Shown one piece after another: positions 26,411-40,309 of a stretch of DNA of 54,264 bases. Each line of letters begins with the position of its first letter. Positions within the stretch are counted from its first letter, which is position 1. Below the pieces are notes generated by a model. It was not told where the DNA came from, did not search any database, and saw only the letters and a list, made by a program, of their open reading frames with translations. Both the position numbers and the translations under genes were made by a program. Source of the stretch: Batkoa obscura (Eukaryota); the NCBI GenBank assembly GCA_030770535.1, contig JASVEC010000025.1:744001-798264 (forward strand), written 5' to 3'.

Positions 26411-28036
26411 ATGAATTACTTAAGGCAATTAAAATACTCAACTAAAAGAAGCATTGATGGACCGTTAAAAGATATCAAAGTAATTGATCTCACAAGAGTA
26501 TTAGGTAATCAGATAAATACTGTTTAAACAATGGACTATAATTAAGTATTAGCTGGTCCTTATTGTACTATGTTATTAGGAGATATGGGGTAAGTTATCA
26601 ATATAAATTAATGTTATAAATGAAAGTCATATTATCAAGAATGAAATTAATTTATTTAGTGCAGATATAATTAAAATAGAAAGACCTAAACTTGGAGATG
26701 ATACTCGTTCTTGGGGACCTCCATTTAAAAAAGCAGTAACCTCGGAATATTCAGCAGAGAGTGCTTATTTTTTAGCTGTAAATAGGAATAAACGTTCATT
26801 AACTTTAAATATAAAAGAAAAAGTTGGAAAAGAAATATTACATGCTTTAATTAAAGAAGCAGATGTATTAGTTGAAAATTACCTACCTGGTAAATTAGAT
26901 GAATTAGGATTAAGTTATAAAATATTAAATGAAATAAATCCAAAACTAATTTATGCTTCAATAACTGGTAATATGATAATATAATAATATAATAATAATA
27001 ATAATAATAATATAATACAAATTTATTTATTTATTTATAGGCTATGGTCCAAGTGGCCCATATAAAAATAAACCAGGATACGATGTAATGGTAGAAGCAG
27101 AAGGAGGTTTAATGCATATAACTGGAGAAAAAGAAGGTAATCCAGTTAAAGTAGGAGTAGCAATAACAGGTAAACAAAATTATATAAAAACAAATAGCTT
27201 ATGTTAATATTACTATTTATCATATACTAAATAGATATAACGACAGGTTGTTAATATTATGCTTTAGTGACATTATTATTTATTTTATATTAGGATTATA
27301 TGCCCATGGTTCTATAATGGCAGCATTATTTAAAAGATTTAAAACAAACAAAGGTCAAAAATTAGATATATCATTAATTGAAAGTCAAATAGCATGTTTA
27401 GCTAATATAGCAAGTTCTTATTTAATCGGGGACATAAATAGTCAAAGACAAGGTACAGAACATGGATCAATTGTACCTTATCAATCATTTCCAACTAAAG
27501 ATGGTAATATAGTAATAGGAGCAGGGAACGATAAACAATTTAAAATATTATGTGAAAATGTCATAAAAGATGCTCAATTATTAAATAATTCAAAATTTAA
27601 AAATAATTCAGAAAGAGTAAAAAATCGTATTGAATTAATTTCAATATTATCAAATTATTTCAAATCTAAAGATACCAAAGAATGGTTAAATATTTTAAAA
27701 GATTTTCAAATACCTTATGCTCCTATTAATGATATAAAAGCAGCGCTACAACATCCTCAAGTAATTAATAGAAATATGATACAATCAATTTTACATCCAA
27801 CTTTAGGCAATATTAAATTAATTGGTAAACTAATAATATTAAATAAAATAAAATAAAGTAAAATAAAACAACTAATTAATATTAATTTATTAGGCCCAGC
27901 AGTAAAATATTCTGATAAAGATGTTTATATACGCTCACCACCACCAACACTTGGTCAACATAATAATGAAATTTTAATGAATTTAGGATATTCATTAAAA
28001 ACAATTAATGAATTTAAAGATAATGGAATTATTTAA
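26411..28036 (+). CDS. Family III (CaiB/BaiF) CoA-transferase, SUGCT-like, multi-exon
   Basis: [74 protein letters not shown], assembled across GT-AG introns. Confidence 0.9.
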
Positions 28037-28310
28037 CTAAATTAATTAAATTTAACAAAGTATGATATAAGTATTTTACTTTAATAACATTTATTATTAT
28101 TTTAAAAATAATAAATAATAATAAGGATGTCTTTTTAAACTTTATATATAAACTTTTGCAAAAAAAGTTGTATCATCATAAAATTTTAACCTTCTAGTTT
28201 AATAATAATTTTTGAACATAATGAATCATTATCTTAATTAATCTTGTTGATAATATATATTGTTATTTACATAAATTTTTAAAGATTTAGTGGTACTAAA
28301 GGTTTGATAT

Positions 28311-28411
28311 GGGGATATACTTTTGCGTTTAAGGATTTTACTAACAATTTTTTCGCTCAAATAGCGCTTAAAAGATGGAAAAAGTGATGAAGCAAAAAAA
28401 AAACCCCCCCT
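28311..28411 (-). mobile_element. MITE copy 7
   Basis: ATAT on both sides; shared core sequence. Confidence 0.8.
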
Positions 28412-28760
28412 ATATTATAAAAATATTGATTTTCCTCTCTCTTATCTTATCTCTTTTCTTTTGCTACCAGTTAACACAGTTCTTTTTATTGGAAACTTTA
28501 TAAATCCTACATAAAACTTTCCGTTACCAAGGGACCTAAAAGTATTCCTTTACTATTACTTTTTATTGAATAAAAGAATGATTAGAAAAAGGCTAGACTA
28601 ATTAATAATATTAGGATGAAAGAAACTCTCTCCTCATGGCCTTTACCTGCTCTTTATTACTATTTTTTATTTACATTGGTTGATAAACCTTCTAGAAGGC
28701 TACAGCTCTTTCAAGAACATAAAAAACCTTATTTTTAACTATTAATAATATAAAATATGT

Positions 28761-28859
28761 GGGGATGTATTTCTGTGTTTAAGAATTTTACTAACAATTT
28801 TTCCGCTCAAATAGTGCTTAAAAAATAGAAAAAGTGATGAAACCAAAAAAAACATCCTC
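28761..28859 (-). mobile_element. MITE copy 8
   Basis: Flanks ATGT/ATAT; shared core sequence. Confidence 0.8.
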
Positions 28860-29116
28860 ATATTATATTTTAATAAAAATATTTAAGTGTTTTTAATATA
28901 CTGAAAATATTACTAAAAATGGCTTAAACATCTCAACTGATAACCAATCAACCGCTAATTTAGTAAATAAATGATTTAATGACTTAATTTTAAATAATAT
29001 AAGAGGTTTATTATTAAAAATAATGATGAGTTTATTAAACTTTTATAAATGAAATGAAACATCAATATGAAGTAAAATAAACTTTACCTTTATTCCTTTT
29101 TACTAAAAGATAAACA

Positions 29117-29689
29117 ATGAAAAAAATAGCAGAAAACTATTTAAAAAGTAATTCAACTAGCGACTGTATTAAGTGTAACCAAAAGAAAGTAACTTGTAAG
29201 GGCTGTTATTCTGATAGTCTGTGTATAATTTCGGAGAAAACATGCTTTGAGTGCCCTAAAGCAACTTGTATACAAAAATCAATATTAGAAAACATATCAA
29301 TAAATAAAATGAGTAATACTACAATAATAATCATTAGTCTCCTCGTTGTTTCAATAATATCTCTGATATTGGTGATTGTAGTAATGATAAGAAGGAAGTA
29401 TTTTAAGGAAAGTTATATTAACCTTAAAGAGAAAAAAGATATCAATGATGATTCATTTTTACGCAAATTACTCAATAATAATAGTGAGAACTCTTTTTTA
29501 AACAAGTTAGTTAATAAGAACCATAAACGTGATTCGTCTACATTTTCAATGTTAAACTTTGCTTGGGATGAAGGAGATGAATTGGATCAAGAGATTAGCT
29601 TTGAAGAGATGTTAAAAACCGACCCAAAAGAAGTATCTAAATTTGAAATTTGTAAACTGGAAAAAGCTAAATTATTTGAGATCCGCTAA
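29117..29689 (+). CDS. Single-pass membrane protein with an Opy2-like 8-Cys extracellular domain
   Basis: CIKC..CKGC..C..TCFECPKATC followed by a transmembrane segment and the basic stop-transfer RRK. Confidence 0.7.
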   Translation: MKKIAENYLKSNSTSDCIKCNQKKVTCKGCYSDSLCIISEKTCFECPKATCIQKSILENISINKMSNTTIIIISLLVVSIISLILVIVVMIRRKYFKESYINLKEKKDINDDSFLRKLLNNNSENSFLNKLVNKNHKRDSSTFSMLNFAWDEGDELDQEISFEEMLKTDPKEVSKFEICKLEKAKLFEIR

Positions 29690-29692
29690 TAT

Positions 29693-29783
29693 GGGGGTGT
29701 TTTTTTGACTTCACTTTTTCCATCTTTTAGACGCTATTTGAGCGGAAAAATTGTAAAATTCTTAAACGCAAAAATATATCCAC
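29693..29783 (+). mobile_element. MITE copy 9
   Basis: ATAT TSD on both sides; the left TSD overlaps the stop codon of the Opy2-like gene. Confidence 0.85.
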
Positions 29784-30154
29784 ATATATTAATTAATTTT
29801 TAGTATTAATTTTTTATTAATAAAATTAGTATTTGATATTTAGTGTTAATTCAATGGTATTCTTTGGGATAAGTTGTTATTTAATCACTAATCTTCATAA
29901 TCATATAAATATCGTATAATCTAATAGCTCTTCATTCCATATATAATGTCAATTACAAAATAAACTATTAGTATTATAAAATACTATTTAATTGAGACTA
30001 ACGATAAATAAAAATATTTGATATCTAAAGTTTAATTAAAAAATTATTATATTATAGATTTATAAACTAAATAGATTGATTTTATGTAAATACAATAGAG
30101 TATTAAAAATACAGATAAGTGGGGCAACGAAAAGTATCCTAGAAACTTTTAAGT

Positions 30155-33100
30155 TTAAAATTCTTTTTTAGAAGCAATAGCTATTAATTCAGGATAGTAT
30201 AATACAGAATTAAAATGAGGTGTAAAATGTTGAGTTAATGCAATTGATAAATCTTTGGCCCTTAACTTTTGAATTTTATCGGCTTCTTCAAAAGCATCCT
30301 CTGAGTTATCTAAAGTTGAGCATAACTCATCTTCTATTTTTTGTAATGCTTCATCTTGATTTTCTTGAAGCATATCAATTGTCCTTTCAAAGCTACATGT
30401 CCATGAGATTAAATCTTCATGAGTTTCCAAAGCAAAAAGGTATTTTTTTACATTTTGTTGTATATTATTACTAGGAGGTTGGTTTTTCAAATCTTCTGAG
30501 TTTATAACATCATAATTTGACATGATAATATCAGGGTGATTAAGTTCATTGTTTTTGTTTCCACCTGAGTTAGTAAAGGAAAGAGAGAAGGCATGCTTCA
30601 TAAAATTCTGTTCTACAATTATAGGTAAAGAGGGAATAAACCTTAATTTTGATGAATGCTGTCCAGTTGGTATAAACATTAAACTCTTTTTCCCTGGCGT
30701 ATCTCCTATTATTTTAAAGGTTTGGCTTGGACTTGAATCAAATACTATCTCTGGTGGATCACATTTTATATCTTCACCATGAGCTAATAATCTTAAACCC
30801 GGACAAGGAGCAGACAGAGTAACTTCAATAGAATCAGAGTGTTCATTTACAATAATTTTACGTGTGAAATTACTATCGATTTTAAGCTCAATTTTCTCTT
30901 GGGATTCATTATTAACCGTTAATGGCGATTCGGAGATTGAATCATACATATCAATTAAAAGATGTTCAGGTAGTGTATTGGTTGAATCAAACTTTCTAAC
31001 ATTGCTTAAAAATAATTCTTTACTCAAGCTACCTTTCCCTTTATCATCAATCTCTAACAATGATACAACTAATAAAAGTGTAAGTTCGCTTCGGAAGTTA
31101 GTAGTTGAACGGTTTGCTTGATGCCAGCGTGTAGCAAATTTATCCAATATCAATTCAGATGAATTTGTCCCCAATTTTAAAACAAGGCAAGTTGACAATA
31201 CTCGTAAAGCAAGGTCTAATCTTAAACCTGTCCAATTAAAGTGATTTAAAAAGGAGATCAAAATCGCATGATTATTTGTCTGCCCAACATAATTAGTCAA
31301 TTGAAGGCGAGATAATTCAGGTGTAAAATAAATGAATTTCGAAACAGAAGGTGGTTCCAAATGAAGTAAACCTCTACCAATTAGATATGAAATTGCAGCA
31401 TTTGGATCGATTTCGAATCTACGTATAGCAGACAATATTATGGGATGATATTTATTTTCATTACTTTTCTCTTTGTTGCTTTGATTACGGGCCGTAACTG
31501 CATTTATTGCATCTAAACTTATTACCTTTTTTATCTCAAAGTATGCTTCGCTAATATTAAAATCAGGGGAATCAGAAGACTCCATTGACTTTGCAATAAC
31601 TAATAAATGCTCAAACAAAAAGAGAAATCTAAATTTCCATGTTGATCCACTAATTACTTGCCTAACCGGACCTTGAAATATAAGGTTATATACAGGAGTA
31701 GTATATGAAGAAATTATTTGATTAAACGCTGAATTATAAATATCATTTCCTTTGTTAGAGTATGATCCATTAGTATTACCATTATGCGAGTCAATAATGT
31801 CACCTTCCTTATTATTATAGTTGTTGCCGGAATGTACGCTCTTCATATCAGCTGAATGTGAATCTGGAATGGTATATGGCGAATCAGGGATATGGTCCAT
31901 CTGAGAGTAAGCAGCTAAATCATTCATTAATTGATTGATTTCAAGACTATTTATATTTTTAGGTGGTAATCCAGCAGAATTTGGCTCTGATCTAGTAAAT
32001 TTCCCAGATTTAGTGGAATGAGGAAGGCTAGTAGTTGAATTGGAAGTTTTAGTAAGATTTGGTCTTCTAACTGATTTTGGGGGAATAAAAAAATAGTCTG
32101 GGGATTCATTATTGTTCTCATTAGAATAGTTGTTATTTTTCGCTAAAGATGGACTATTCAGGTTTTCTGAAGCTTTTATATCGTCTAAAAGAGAATCGGA
32201 GCTTTGAATAACTAACGGCATTAAGTTAACTTCAGGAGATTCGATTACCACTCTATGAACTAATGGTGCAGAGTTTATATTAGTACAGCTTAATTGAACG
32301 TCACTTTGGTCTTGTTTTGATGGAGATTTAGCTTTGTTTGAAGAGAATTTATCGAAAAATTGCTTAAAAGATTTGATCATTTCATTCCCCCCTATTTTCC
32401 CAGTCGTTGCTGATCTCTCCAAGCTAATTTTCTTGTGCTCTTTCTCTTTTAATATGACCACATTGGATGTGTTTGAGCGATTCAAATCCTTTCTCAAATC
32501 TGGAGGTCCTTCATCATCTTTTCCAGAGTATTTTTCCGGGATAACCTTTCTCCCGGTCCATTTAAATGATTTCATTCTTCCAATACCATTATTTATTTTT
32601 GTCGATGAATCTAAATAAAGTGATAATTAAATTAAAAGTAAAAATTAATATTGTTTTACTTTCTATTTTTTTGTCATTTTCCAAGTTTTTCCTACCAGAA
32701 CCTTTACTTCTTTTGCCAAAAGTTAAAAGCCTTTTAAATGTGGATCCTGCTGTAGATTTTTGCTCATTGTTAAACGTTTCATTTTTATCATTTAAATCAT
32801 CATTTAAATTTTCATTTTTCAAATTTTTTAATGATTTCGACCTCTCTAAACTTAATCCTTTACTTTTCTCGTCTAATTGGCTCCCACTCTAGAATGTTTT
32901 TAATATCTTTAAGTATAATAATCGTAATACAAATGTTACCTCTTTACTAAATAAAGCATTTCCATTTAAACCATGATTTGATATATTGAACGATCTTGAT
33001 CTTCTAAGGTGCGCTTTATTATTTTTTAGTTTTATTAATAAGTTTTTTCTAAAGTTTCAAAAATTAAAGTACCCTTTTTTATAATTGGAAATTTAACATC

Positions 33101-33757
33101 TTCCGGTACTAATAAATTTTTATTCTCAGCTTCGTTTCTTTGATCATATTTGCTAGCTAAAAACCCTAAGGGATCCGGTGTATGAATTTGACCAGGTGAA
33201 GGCAATGGTGCCATTGAGTTTTGTACTGTTAATTCCCCTGATGCTGCACTAAATCTACCTTCTTTAAAAGGATTTGTAAGTCTGAGTTGATTTAGATGTA
33301 ATTTAGATTTGCGATGACTTTGTGCTTTTCTTGTTAATAGATTTGAATGTATATTGTTTACTCTACTACGTGTATACGTTTTCCTTTTAGAAGAACCTAT
33401 TTTTTATTAAACTTTTCTAGATATTAGTAGCGTATGACAGTAAATACCTGAATCACCACTATTTGATGGAGAGTGCTTAACTTTAGATCCTTGTTTGAGT
33501 TTAGAATGTTTGATATTCTTCAAATTATGCTTTTTATTATTAACTCCTCGCTCCAAAACTTCTGCATCTGGTATAAACCCAGGATATTTTTCTTTAGCTT
33601 TCTGTAAAGCATTGTCATCTAAATCTATAACATAAACTTCTGCTGAAGATTCACCTTCATCTTTGGGTTTGTTAAGTCGAGTTAATGTAGCTTTTCTTAA
33701 AAGTTGTACTGCATTTTTACGTTCAACTGGCTTTACATCACTATTTTCCCTGACCAT
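30155..33757 (-). CDS. Sec7-domain / PH-like protein (ARF-GEF-related, probably non-catalytic), about 4 exons
   Basis: Sec7-like ELSRLQLTNYVG..FNWTGLRLDLALR..DKFATRW..LPEHLLIDMYDSI; PH-like RFLFLFEHLLVIAK. Upstream low-complexity exons linked by GT-AG introns; exon borders approximate. Confidence 0.7.
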
Positions 33758-34742
33758 TTATCTTAATAACCTTATTTAATTAAATCAATATATTAGACAA
33801 ATATGTTTATAATTACCTCAAAATAAATCAAAAACTATTAAATATTAAGTTATTATTATTATATTATTTATTCAAACTAATTAAAAAATATGTTCTTTAA
33901 GTTTATATTAGTTAAAGCTTTAATTTTCAAAGCAGTTTCCCCCTTAAAAATTTATTAAAACTTTACACCTATTGCAAACTAAAAATAGGTTGGAACATAA
34001 AGAATTATAAACTTGGCATTTTAATATGATCCAAAAATTTATGTAAAACAAATTAAATCCATTTGGATATAAAATGCTTCACTTTAATTGGATATTGATC
34101 TAATCCGCCTTTTTTAGTTTCCCCCTACTCAATTCAGTTAATAGACATCTTATTTGCTAAAATTAAGTTTTATTTTTAGTAATTTAATATTTTACCATTA
34201 AATTAAAATGTCGTTTAATTTATATTTGCTAGTAATTAATATAGTATTTATATTATTCAACTTTTACAATATTATTTTTTTATACAAAATACTTAATGTT
34301 CTTCCAATTATACTAAATAAAAGTCATATTTAAAATATTACAATCATTTAAAGAAACGAGAATAAAACTCAATAATATTAAAGGTGTGCAAATTGAGTTT
34401 ATAAATTGGATTACAATTTAACATTCTTATTTATAAAAAAATACCCAATATAAAAAAGCCATAACATTTTATATATTTCATATAGTACTTTTATTCATAT
34501 TTGGGAAGTATCATAAATTTACTCTAAATCTTATAATTTAACAAAATATTAACCAGTTAATTAGAAAATTCAAGATGTATAATATTGACTATACATCATA
34601 AAATGTATAGCATTAAAAATATTGATAAAACATTAAAAGTATTACATTACCTCCACATTAAAAAGTTGATCAAAAGTAAAAAAAACTACATTTTAATTTA
34701 TTAGCTTTATGTTGTCTAAAATACCTGTCCTCAAATACTAAT

Positions 34743-35694
34743 TTATTTCTTTGGGGCAAAGATATCTTGGAGTTTGTCGTAACCAGCAAGTACACCAGCA
34801 CCGGCAACAGCACGGAGAATGTTAGCACCAGCACCTTTGAAAAGGGATTTAGCACCTTCATTCTTGACAATTTCATTGAAACAGTGGAGGGATGAGTTAT
34901 ATTTGACGGCGGCACCGGAAGTCATCATCATTCTACGACGAACGGTATCAATTGGGTATGAAGCAAGACCAGCACCAATGGTAATAGCCCAACCGAGAAG
35001 GAAGGAAGCTAATACGGATTTAGCAAGATCACCAGTTAAGAGAACTGGTTTAAGAGAATCGTAAAGACCGAAATAAAGACCACGATATACAATGATACCA
35101 ACACATGAAATGTTGAAACCACGGTAAAGACCGGCAATACCATCTGAAGCAATGGTCTTACGATAAACATCAACAAGACCGTTGAATTGACGTTCACCAC
35201 CCTTCTTGGCTGATTTAGCATCGTTAGCAAGACGAGTACGAGCATAATCAAGGGAGTATACGAAAAGGAGGGATGAAGCACCAGCAGCACCACCGGAAGC
35301 TAAATTACCAGCGAACCAGGTCCAGTAACCTTCATCTTTTTTGAATCCAAACATACGCTTGAACTTATCCTTGAAAGCCAAGTTTAAGGCTTGGGTTGGG
35401 AAATAACGGATAACGTTAGCGGTGTTACCACGGTAAAGGGAAACAAAACCTTCTTCTTTGATAACACGACTGAAGCAGTCACCAATACCTTTGTATGGGG
35501 TAGAAAGACGACCAGCCTTGATCATCTCATCTTGGTTTTGAATAAGAAGTTTGACACGTTCAATTGGGGCAGCAGCAGTCTTGGAGACAGCGGCAGATAC
35601 ACCACCAAGCATGAAATCCTTTAACTTGTATAAGATTTTATCATTTCAATATAAATAAGATACTTACGAGCAAGAAGTTTTTATCACCGGACAT
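34743..35694 (-). CDS. AAC: Mitochondrial ADP/ATP carrier; exons 35694-35668 and 35618-34743
   Basis: [26 protein letters not shown] and the RRRMMM signature. Confidence 0.97.
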
Positions 35695-36524
35695 TTTAAT
35701 TATCAAGGAGAAGGATTAATATAAAACAAAGTTTAAAGCTTTTAACATTTACTCTATTTATATTATATCTTATTCCCCAGCTTAATTTTGAACACTAAAT
35801 TTGAAGGTTTATTTGGTGCACCACATCCCCAATATACTTACTTTTACCAATCATTAACTTCTTATCGGATTAACTAATTATAAGCTTGATAAATGTACTT
35901 ATCCTATTGGATAATAATCTCAATAAAGCTTCATCGATTTTAAAATATAATTAATATTGAGTGCATTAGGTTTATTTTGATTGGCTGATTTTATGCTTAA
36001 TCTTACAAATTAATTTACATTTGCAATTTGTTTACTCGAATTTGAATCCCACCGAAAATTTAGAATCATTCTTTTGAACCCTTATTTTATTTTTAGGATG
36101 AACTTAAAATCACATGTTAAATTTTAAAGCAATAGGACTTTAATGAATATGAAATTAGGCTTTTTATAAGAAACAATATTGTTAAAATAAAGTTATTTAG
36201 ATCAAATATAGCATTATGAATACGAATATAATATAAACTAAATATCCTAATTGTTATTTTGACTTTACATATAAAGCTTTAAAACCAATATGGAAGCGTC
36301 TTTGTTGATTATTTAACTAGGTAATTTTTTGAATTTTACACTGCATAAAACGTAAAAATAATGAAACAAAATAAACTGTTCAGTATAGTTAAAAACCCAT
36401 AGTCATGGTTAAAAGTAAGTTCTAAAAAAAATAAAAAAATAAAAAATAAAAAAATATGATAAGATTTATACTAAATAGTAGTGAAAGAATCAACTATATA
36501 TTTTATTATCTCTTCCTATGATAC

Positions 36525-38420
36525 TTAAGGATAGTCAGCATTATTTAATGTTGTTCTTATATGATTGCAAAATGATTCAAAATGATCAAAACATGAGCTA
36601 CTCAATTCTTGATGTTGGAGTAATAAAATATTCAATAAAGTTTTGAATTGAACACCAGTTACTTTTTTTAGTGTAAACTTACATTCGAATGGCTTTATTT
36701 GAAATTCAGGGATAATTTCTTCGGTGTCTTTTGTTAATAATGCCCTTCTCCACTTCCTTGTCCAACTTAATAATTTTACTTTACCATAAATATACCTCAA
36801 TGCCATGTCATTGAGATTTTCCACCCTACATACAACATTAAGTACATTTAATAATTCATGGATTTTAGAAACCGAATCACTTAGATTTAAGTTAATTTCA
36901 ATATCAACGCTCATTTTATAGCTTTTTTTTGAATAACTATTATTCTGGGTTGATTTTGCATTATTTTCTTTTCTCTTCAAAACCATTCTTTTATCAAAAG
37001 AATGTAACTATTATGGTAAAAAATAAATATTTAAAATCAATAACAAAAAAACATTACATTATACAACTCTGTATGAAACGTCCAATTGATAACCCATCTG
37101 GTAGTGTTGCCTTGTAGTAATGTATTTACTCTGTATAAAATATTCTACAAAAATTAATCACTTTTTTATAATATAGCTCAAATCTACCTCAAATTTTTTA
37201 AAAACGTCTTTTAAACTTGTTAGAGTTGACTTTTTACCAACCATTGTAGTAAACCAACTATATAATAAATCAACCATTACAAAAAGGTTAAGCTAAATTT
37301 ACCCGACATCATTTTTATAATAGGTTGATTCTTTTATCATGATTGAAATGAAATTAAACTCTCCGCCTTCTGTGATCATTTCACTACTAGAGCCAGAACA
37401 TACCCCTGAAGGAAAGTTTGATTTATTTTTATAACCCTTATCTATTTCTTCACTACTACCATAAAAGGGCGGATTACACATTGTAAATGAATATCTAAAC
37501 AATCAATATGATCTTATAAATAAATTAACTTACTTTAATTTTTTATGAATTTTTACTATAACCCCTTCGTTTTTGATAGCTGCTATTCCAAGGTCTCTTA
37601 CATTTTTATTAAATAGTAACGGGGGAAATATTTTGAACTCTTTATCTTCTCTATCTACCTGTGTTACGGAGATTCTCGAAGTCAAATGGTTGTTCTTTAT
37701 ATTCTTTTTAGCACAATGAATAGAATCTTCATCAATATCTTAAAATTTTAATTGATTAATAGAAAAAGCATTCATATAATCACCTGTAGCTGTCATTGTC
37801 CAATTGGCGTGCATTTTACAAATTAGTAAAGGATAAATACACGTTGCGCCTGTTCCACTTTAAATGTAAGTCAAAATCAATGTGAAAGAAATGAAATACA
37901 TGTCTAAGCCATTGATTGGGAATCCTGAGCAAAAAGTGTTATCTAATAAGTCTTCAATACAATGAATGTAATTTAATCTATAATAAGATTAAGTATTAGT
38001 AATAAAAATACAACTGAAAAATGAAACTTACCTATTTGGAACCTAGTTTTAAAGTTATAAAAAGCTATTTATCTGAATTATTTATTACTATTGGACATAA
38101 ATTAGTTAAAGGAAACCTTAATTCGAGATTAAAATATTTTTTCAAAATTGAGCATGTAAGTTCTCTACATCATTAATTAAAGTATATATATATATATATA
38201 TATATATGAATACCTCAATCCTTTAACATCTTTGAAATTAAACGTATATTCCTCTTCAGAAGTGCTTCTCTCATTTTTTTTAAATATACTAATAATTATT
38301 TTTGGTTATTTACTTTATTGAATGTATTTACTAATCTTTAAGTTTGGGAAACTCGTCACTCAGTAATTTAAAATCTGGAGGTCCTAATCTATTCTTATGA
38401 AAAATATTTCTTTCATGCAT
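36525..38420 (-). CDS. METTL16: U6 snRNA m6A methyltransferase (METTL16 family), many short exons
   Basis: MHERN..PPDF, LCP.VPNRLNYI, GTGATCIYPLL, TDID, FTMCNPPFY, TEGGE, WFTTMVGKKS across introns. Confidence 0.88.
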
Positions 38421-38720
38421 TGGGTAGTTTGATATTCTAATGACTTTCTATTCAATTTTAAAATGGTCAAAGACTAAATTTCATATTTTGGTAAAATTAT
38501 TTATATGATAAAAACGTCAAGTTTGAACATTTATAATTTAATATCTAATACCTTAAATATTCAAAACAATTAATAGTAGCTAAATAAATAAAAACTTATT
38601 TTTATAAATTCTTATATAATGCTTATAGTATATATTAATATAACCAGTAGTTTTATAAACCAAATATTGGAAACTTATGCTATAATAAAAGTATATCTGC
38701 CATATAAATTTACTCTATTT

Positions 38721-39347
38721 TGTGAAATATTGCTTTATTTAACTCTCGGATTAATTATAATATAATAATCATTGAAATTGTTTACAAAACTAGTTGTAGC
38801 CTTGTAATCAATTTAACCGTGAATCATGTGGTATAATCAATCCAGAGTTCGTTGTTTTGATTTGTTATGAGGATTTCTAACTTCATATTGCCAAGAATGA
38901 TATCCTCTCATTTTGGTATCCGTGCTTGTTGGAGTATAAAAAAGATTCTTCAACATGATAACTCGAGGCTTTTTTAATTGGATTACTCCCTGATAATGTA
39001 TCATTAATAAAGTCACTAAGTCTTTCTGACAACATCTTATATAGATTTTACAGTAGTATCTTCCATTGTATTTATTTACATAATTCGTAGCTTATTACGT
39101 ACTATTTCTATTAAGTTAAGTCTATCTTAGTTACATAAACTAAGACCGTTCGACTTAAGGCAAGTTAGTTAAGCAAGAGTAGCTTTTAACCTCTACTACT
39201 GAGTACCGGCTTTCGTATAGCCTATTGTATACTATTCTTATTAAGTTAAGTCTATCTTAGTTACATAAACTAAGACCCTTCGACTCAAGGCAAGTTAATT
39301 AAGCAAGAGTAGCTTTTAACTTCGACCACTAAGTATCAACTTTCACA
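38721..39347 (-). mobile_element. Solo-LTR-like element with internal tandem duplication
   Basis: TGTGAAA...TTTCACA; 4-bp TSD ATTT (38717-38720 / 39348-39351); same subfamily as 7867-8459. Confidence 0.8.
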
Positions 39348-39811
39348 ATTTGGACTTAAACTTACAAGATGTTAAATATATTTTCTATAAAATTGTATAT
39401 TGTTACTTGTTTTGAAACAACTATTAAAAATTCTGGTTTATTTGTAATATTTGTGATAATGTGAAAATATTATGTTAATTATAAACATATTTTTTAACAT
39501 AAACATCAAACATTATAAGTAAATTTAATAAATTAATATATTTTAATAAAACTTTTTATTATCAGTATAATTGCTAAATTTTGTTTTATTATTTAAAGCA
39601 GTTAGATAATATTTATATAATACTAAAATTTTAAAAAACTATCTTAAAGCACTTTTAGTTGTTTTAAAGGAAAAAATGTCATTTTAATATATTTTGTTAG
39701 TGCTATTTTAATATTAAACATAATTTTAACACTTATAATTTTATTTATTTCTTACAAATTTTTAATTTTAATTTTAATTTTTAATTTTTTTGAAAAAAGT
39801 AAAATTAATTT

Positions 39812-39908
39812 GAGGATGTATTTTTTTGTTTAAGAATTTTACTAACAATCTTTCCGCTGAAATAGCGCTTAAAAATGGAAAAAATAATGAACCCAAAAAA
39901 ACACCCTC
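39812..39908 (-). mobile_element. MITE copy 10
   Basis: Flanks ATTT/ATAT; very similar to copy 4. Confidence 0.8.
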
Positions 39909-40204
39909 ATATATTTAAATTTATTATTAAACTTTAATATATTATTAAAATTATTAATTTAATATTAAGTTTACAATAATTAAATATATTGTTTTATTAT
40001 TATATAAATAATTATTAATTTTTTTTAATCAGTTTTTTTTAAATAAGCTTTAAAATAATTAAAAAGTTTGTTTAAAAAATATTTTTTTTGATATTTAAAT
40101 AAAAATTTTTAAAATTGACTTAAATTTTTAACAATTTTTAATAATTTAATAAAATAATATAAGCTATAAAAACTAATTTTATGATTTTTATTTTAATTAT
40201 TTAA

Positions 40205-40282
40205 ATATTTACCATATTCTATTTAATTTACTTTTTATTATATTTACTATATTCTATTTAATTTACTTTTTATTATATTTAC
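40205..40282. repeat. 35-bp tandem duplication
   Basis: ATATTCTATTTAATTTACTTTTTATTATATTTAC occurs at 40214 and 40249. Confidence 0.8.
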
Positions 40283-40309
40283 ATTTATTATTTTATATAA
40301 TTTGCTAAT

